A DNA stretch of 6,428 nt from an uncultured archaeon (GTDB taxonomy: Archaea; Asgardarchaeota; Jordiarchaeia; Jordiarchaeales; Jordiarchaeaceae): NCBI GenBank assembly GCA_964510585.1, contig CAZECW010000183.1, positions 1 to 6,428 of the forward strand, in the 5' to 3' direction. Below the pieces are notes generated by a model, which had not been told where the DNA came from, did not search any database, and saw only the letters and a list, made by a program, of their open reading frames with translations. Positions 6,098 through 6,428 of this stretch are shown piece after piece. The translations under genes and the position numbers were made by a program. Numbering within the stretch: position 1 is the first letter of the stretch; each line of letters starts with the position of its first letter.

Positions 6098-6288
6098 CAA
6101 ACCACCAAACCAGAAATCAGAAATCCAGATTCCAAAAGACTTCCAATTGAATAAACATATTGCCTCAACAACGTTAAATCTGTTTTGTTCCACCTCCACC
6201 CTAACTATCCCACTTCCAGCGAGAAAAATCCTCCCCCCTTCCCTTCTTTTAGATGTCGAAAAAGTAGGGGAAAACAGCTGGCGAATCA

Positions 6289-6428
6289 TTACAAAACCTT
6301 GGCGAGAAAGCCCCCGACTTTAGTCGTGGGGATGAATCGCCAGAAAGTTTATTTGAAAGTATGGTATATAAATAGTTGTTGGTAGCTGAAGGGTTTGGCT
6401 TGGGCTTAAGAGGCTAAACAAGACGCAG
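6289..6428 (-). repeat. 140-bp copy of the long inverted repeat pair (partner 16..156)
   Basis: The reverse complement matches 16..156. Similarity ends immediately outside the shared TTAC (flanks ATCA-TTAC vs AAGT-TTAC). Confidence 0.97.
6293..6428 (+). mobile_element. Left end of an IS200/IS605-family (IS608-like) element or non-autonomous derivative, plus orientation, truncated by the window end
   Basis: TTAC(6289-6292)|AAAACCTTGGCGAG, guide AAAG (6307-6310), hairpin CCCCCGAC(6311-6318)-TTTA-GTCGTGGGG(6323-6331) with 8 bp and a bulged T6327, and an outer stem TGGCGA(6300-6305)/TCGCCA(6337-6342). Confidence 0.8.

Noticed and set aside
6098-6289. 64-aa N-terminal extension of the DUF2085 protein from ATG6289
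   Set aside because: That ATG overlaps the IS target junction and the extension has no recognisable features. ATG6097 has a GGTGG ribosome-binding site and begins the family-like sequence.
153-6292. Composite transposon mobilised by the flanking Y1 ends
   Set aside because: HUH/Y1 transposition needs a left end upstream and a right end downstream on the same strand. Here two left ends sit on opposite strands pointing away from the cargo.
6185-6385. 66-aa plus-strand ORF spanning the IS junction
   Set aside because: It crosses from host flank into the hairpin, has no TnpA (HUH/Tyr) or TnpB motifs, and its translation is a by-product of the end sequence.
16-6428. Linear replicon or DDE/Polinton/Borg-type element with 140-bp terminal inverted repeats
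   Set aside because: The repeats have IS605 left-end anatomy facing outward, the left copy continues 15 nt beyond the match, and there are no replication, integrase, DDE transposase or capsid genes inside.

Overview
Archaeal-type locus (GGTG/GGAGGTG ribosome-binding sites, BRE/TATA-like promoters, archaeal gene families) with six convincing CDSs in a mirror layout. The left three are on + : a geranylgeranyl-reductase (GGR)-family flavoprotein, an M20A ArgE/DapE-like metallo-amidohydrolase and a second GGR paralogue. The right three are on - : a DUF2085-type membrane protein, a Nudix hydrolase and a SerB-like HAD phosphatase. The two sets converge at 3930-3982. The window ends are ~140-bp inverted copies of each other (16..156 and 6289..6428). 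These are not classical terminal inverted repeats. Each is the left end of an IS200/IS605-family (IS608-like) element: TTAC target, AAAG guide and a bulged subterminal hairpin, with homology stopping exactly at the TTAC. No tnpA or tnpB is visible; both elements run off the window, and a multicopy repeat may be why the sequence ends there. The best leads are the back-to-back IS left ends with a candidate outward promoter, the GGR-M20-GGR operon (95% nucleotide identity confined to the 5' ends of otherwise diverged paralogues), and the non-canonical HAD phosphatase. All calls come from motif recognition by eye; no searches were run.
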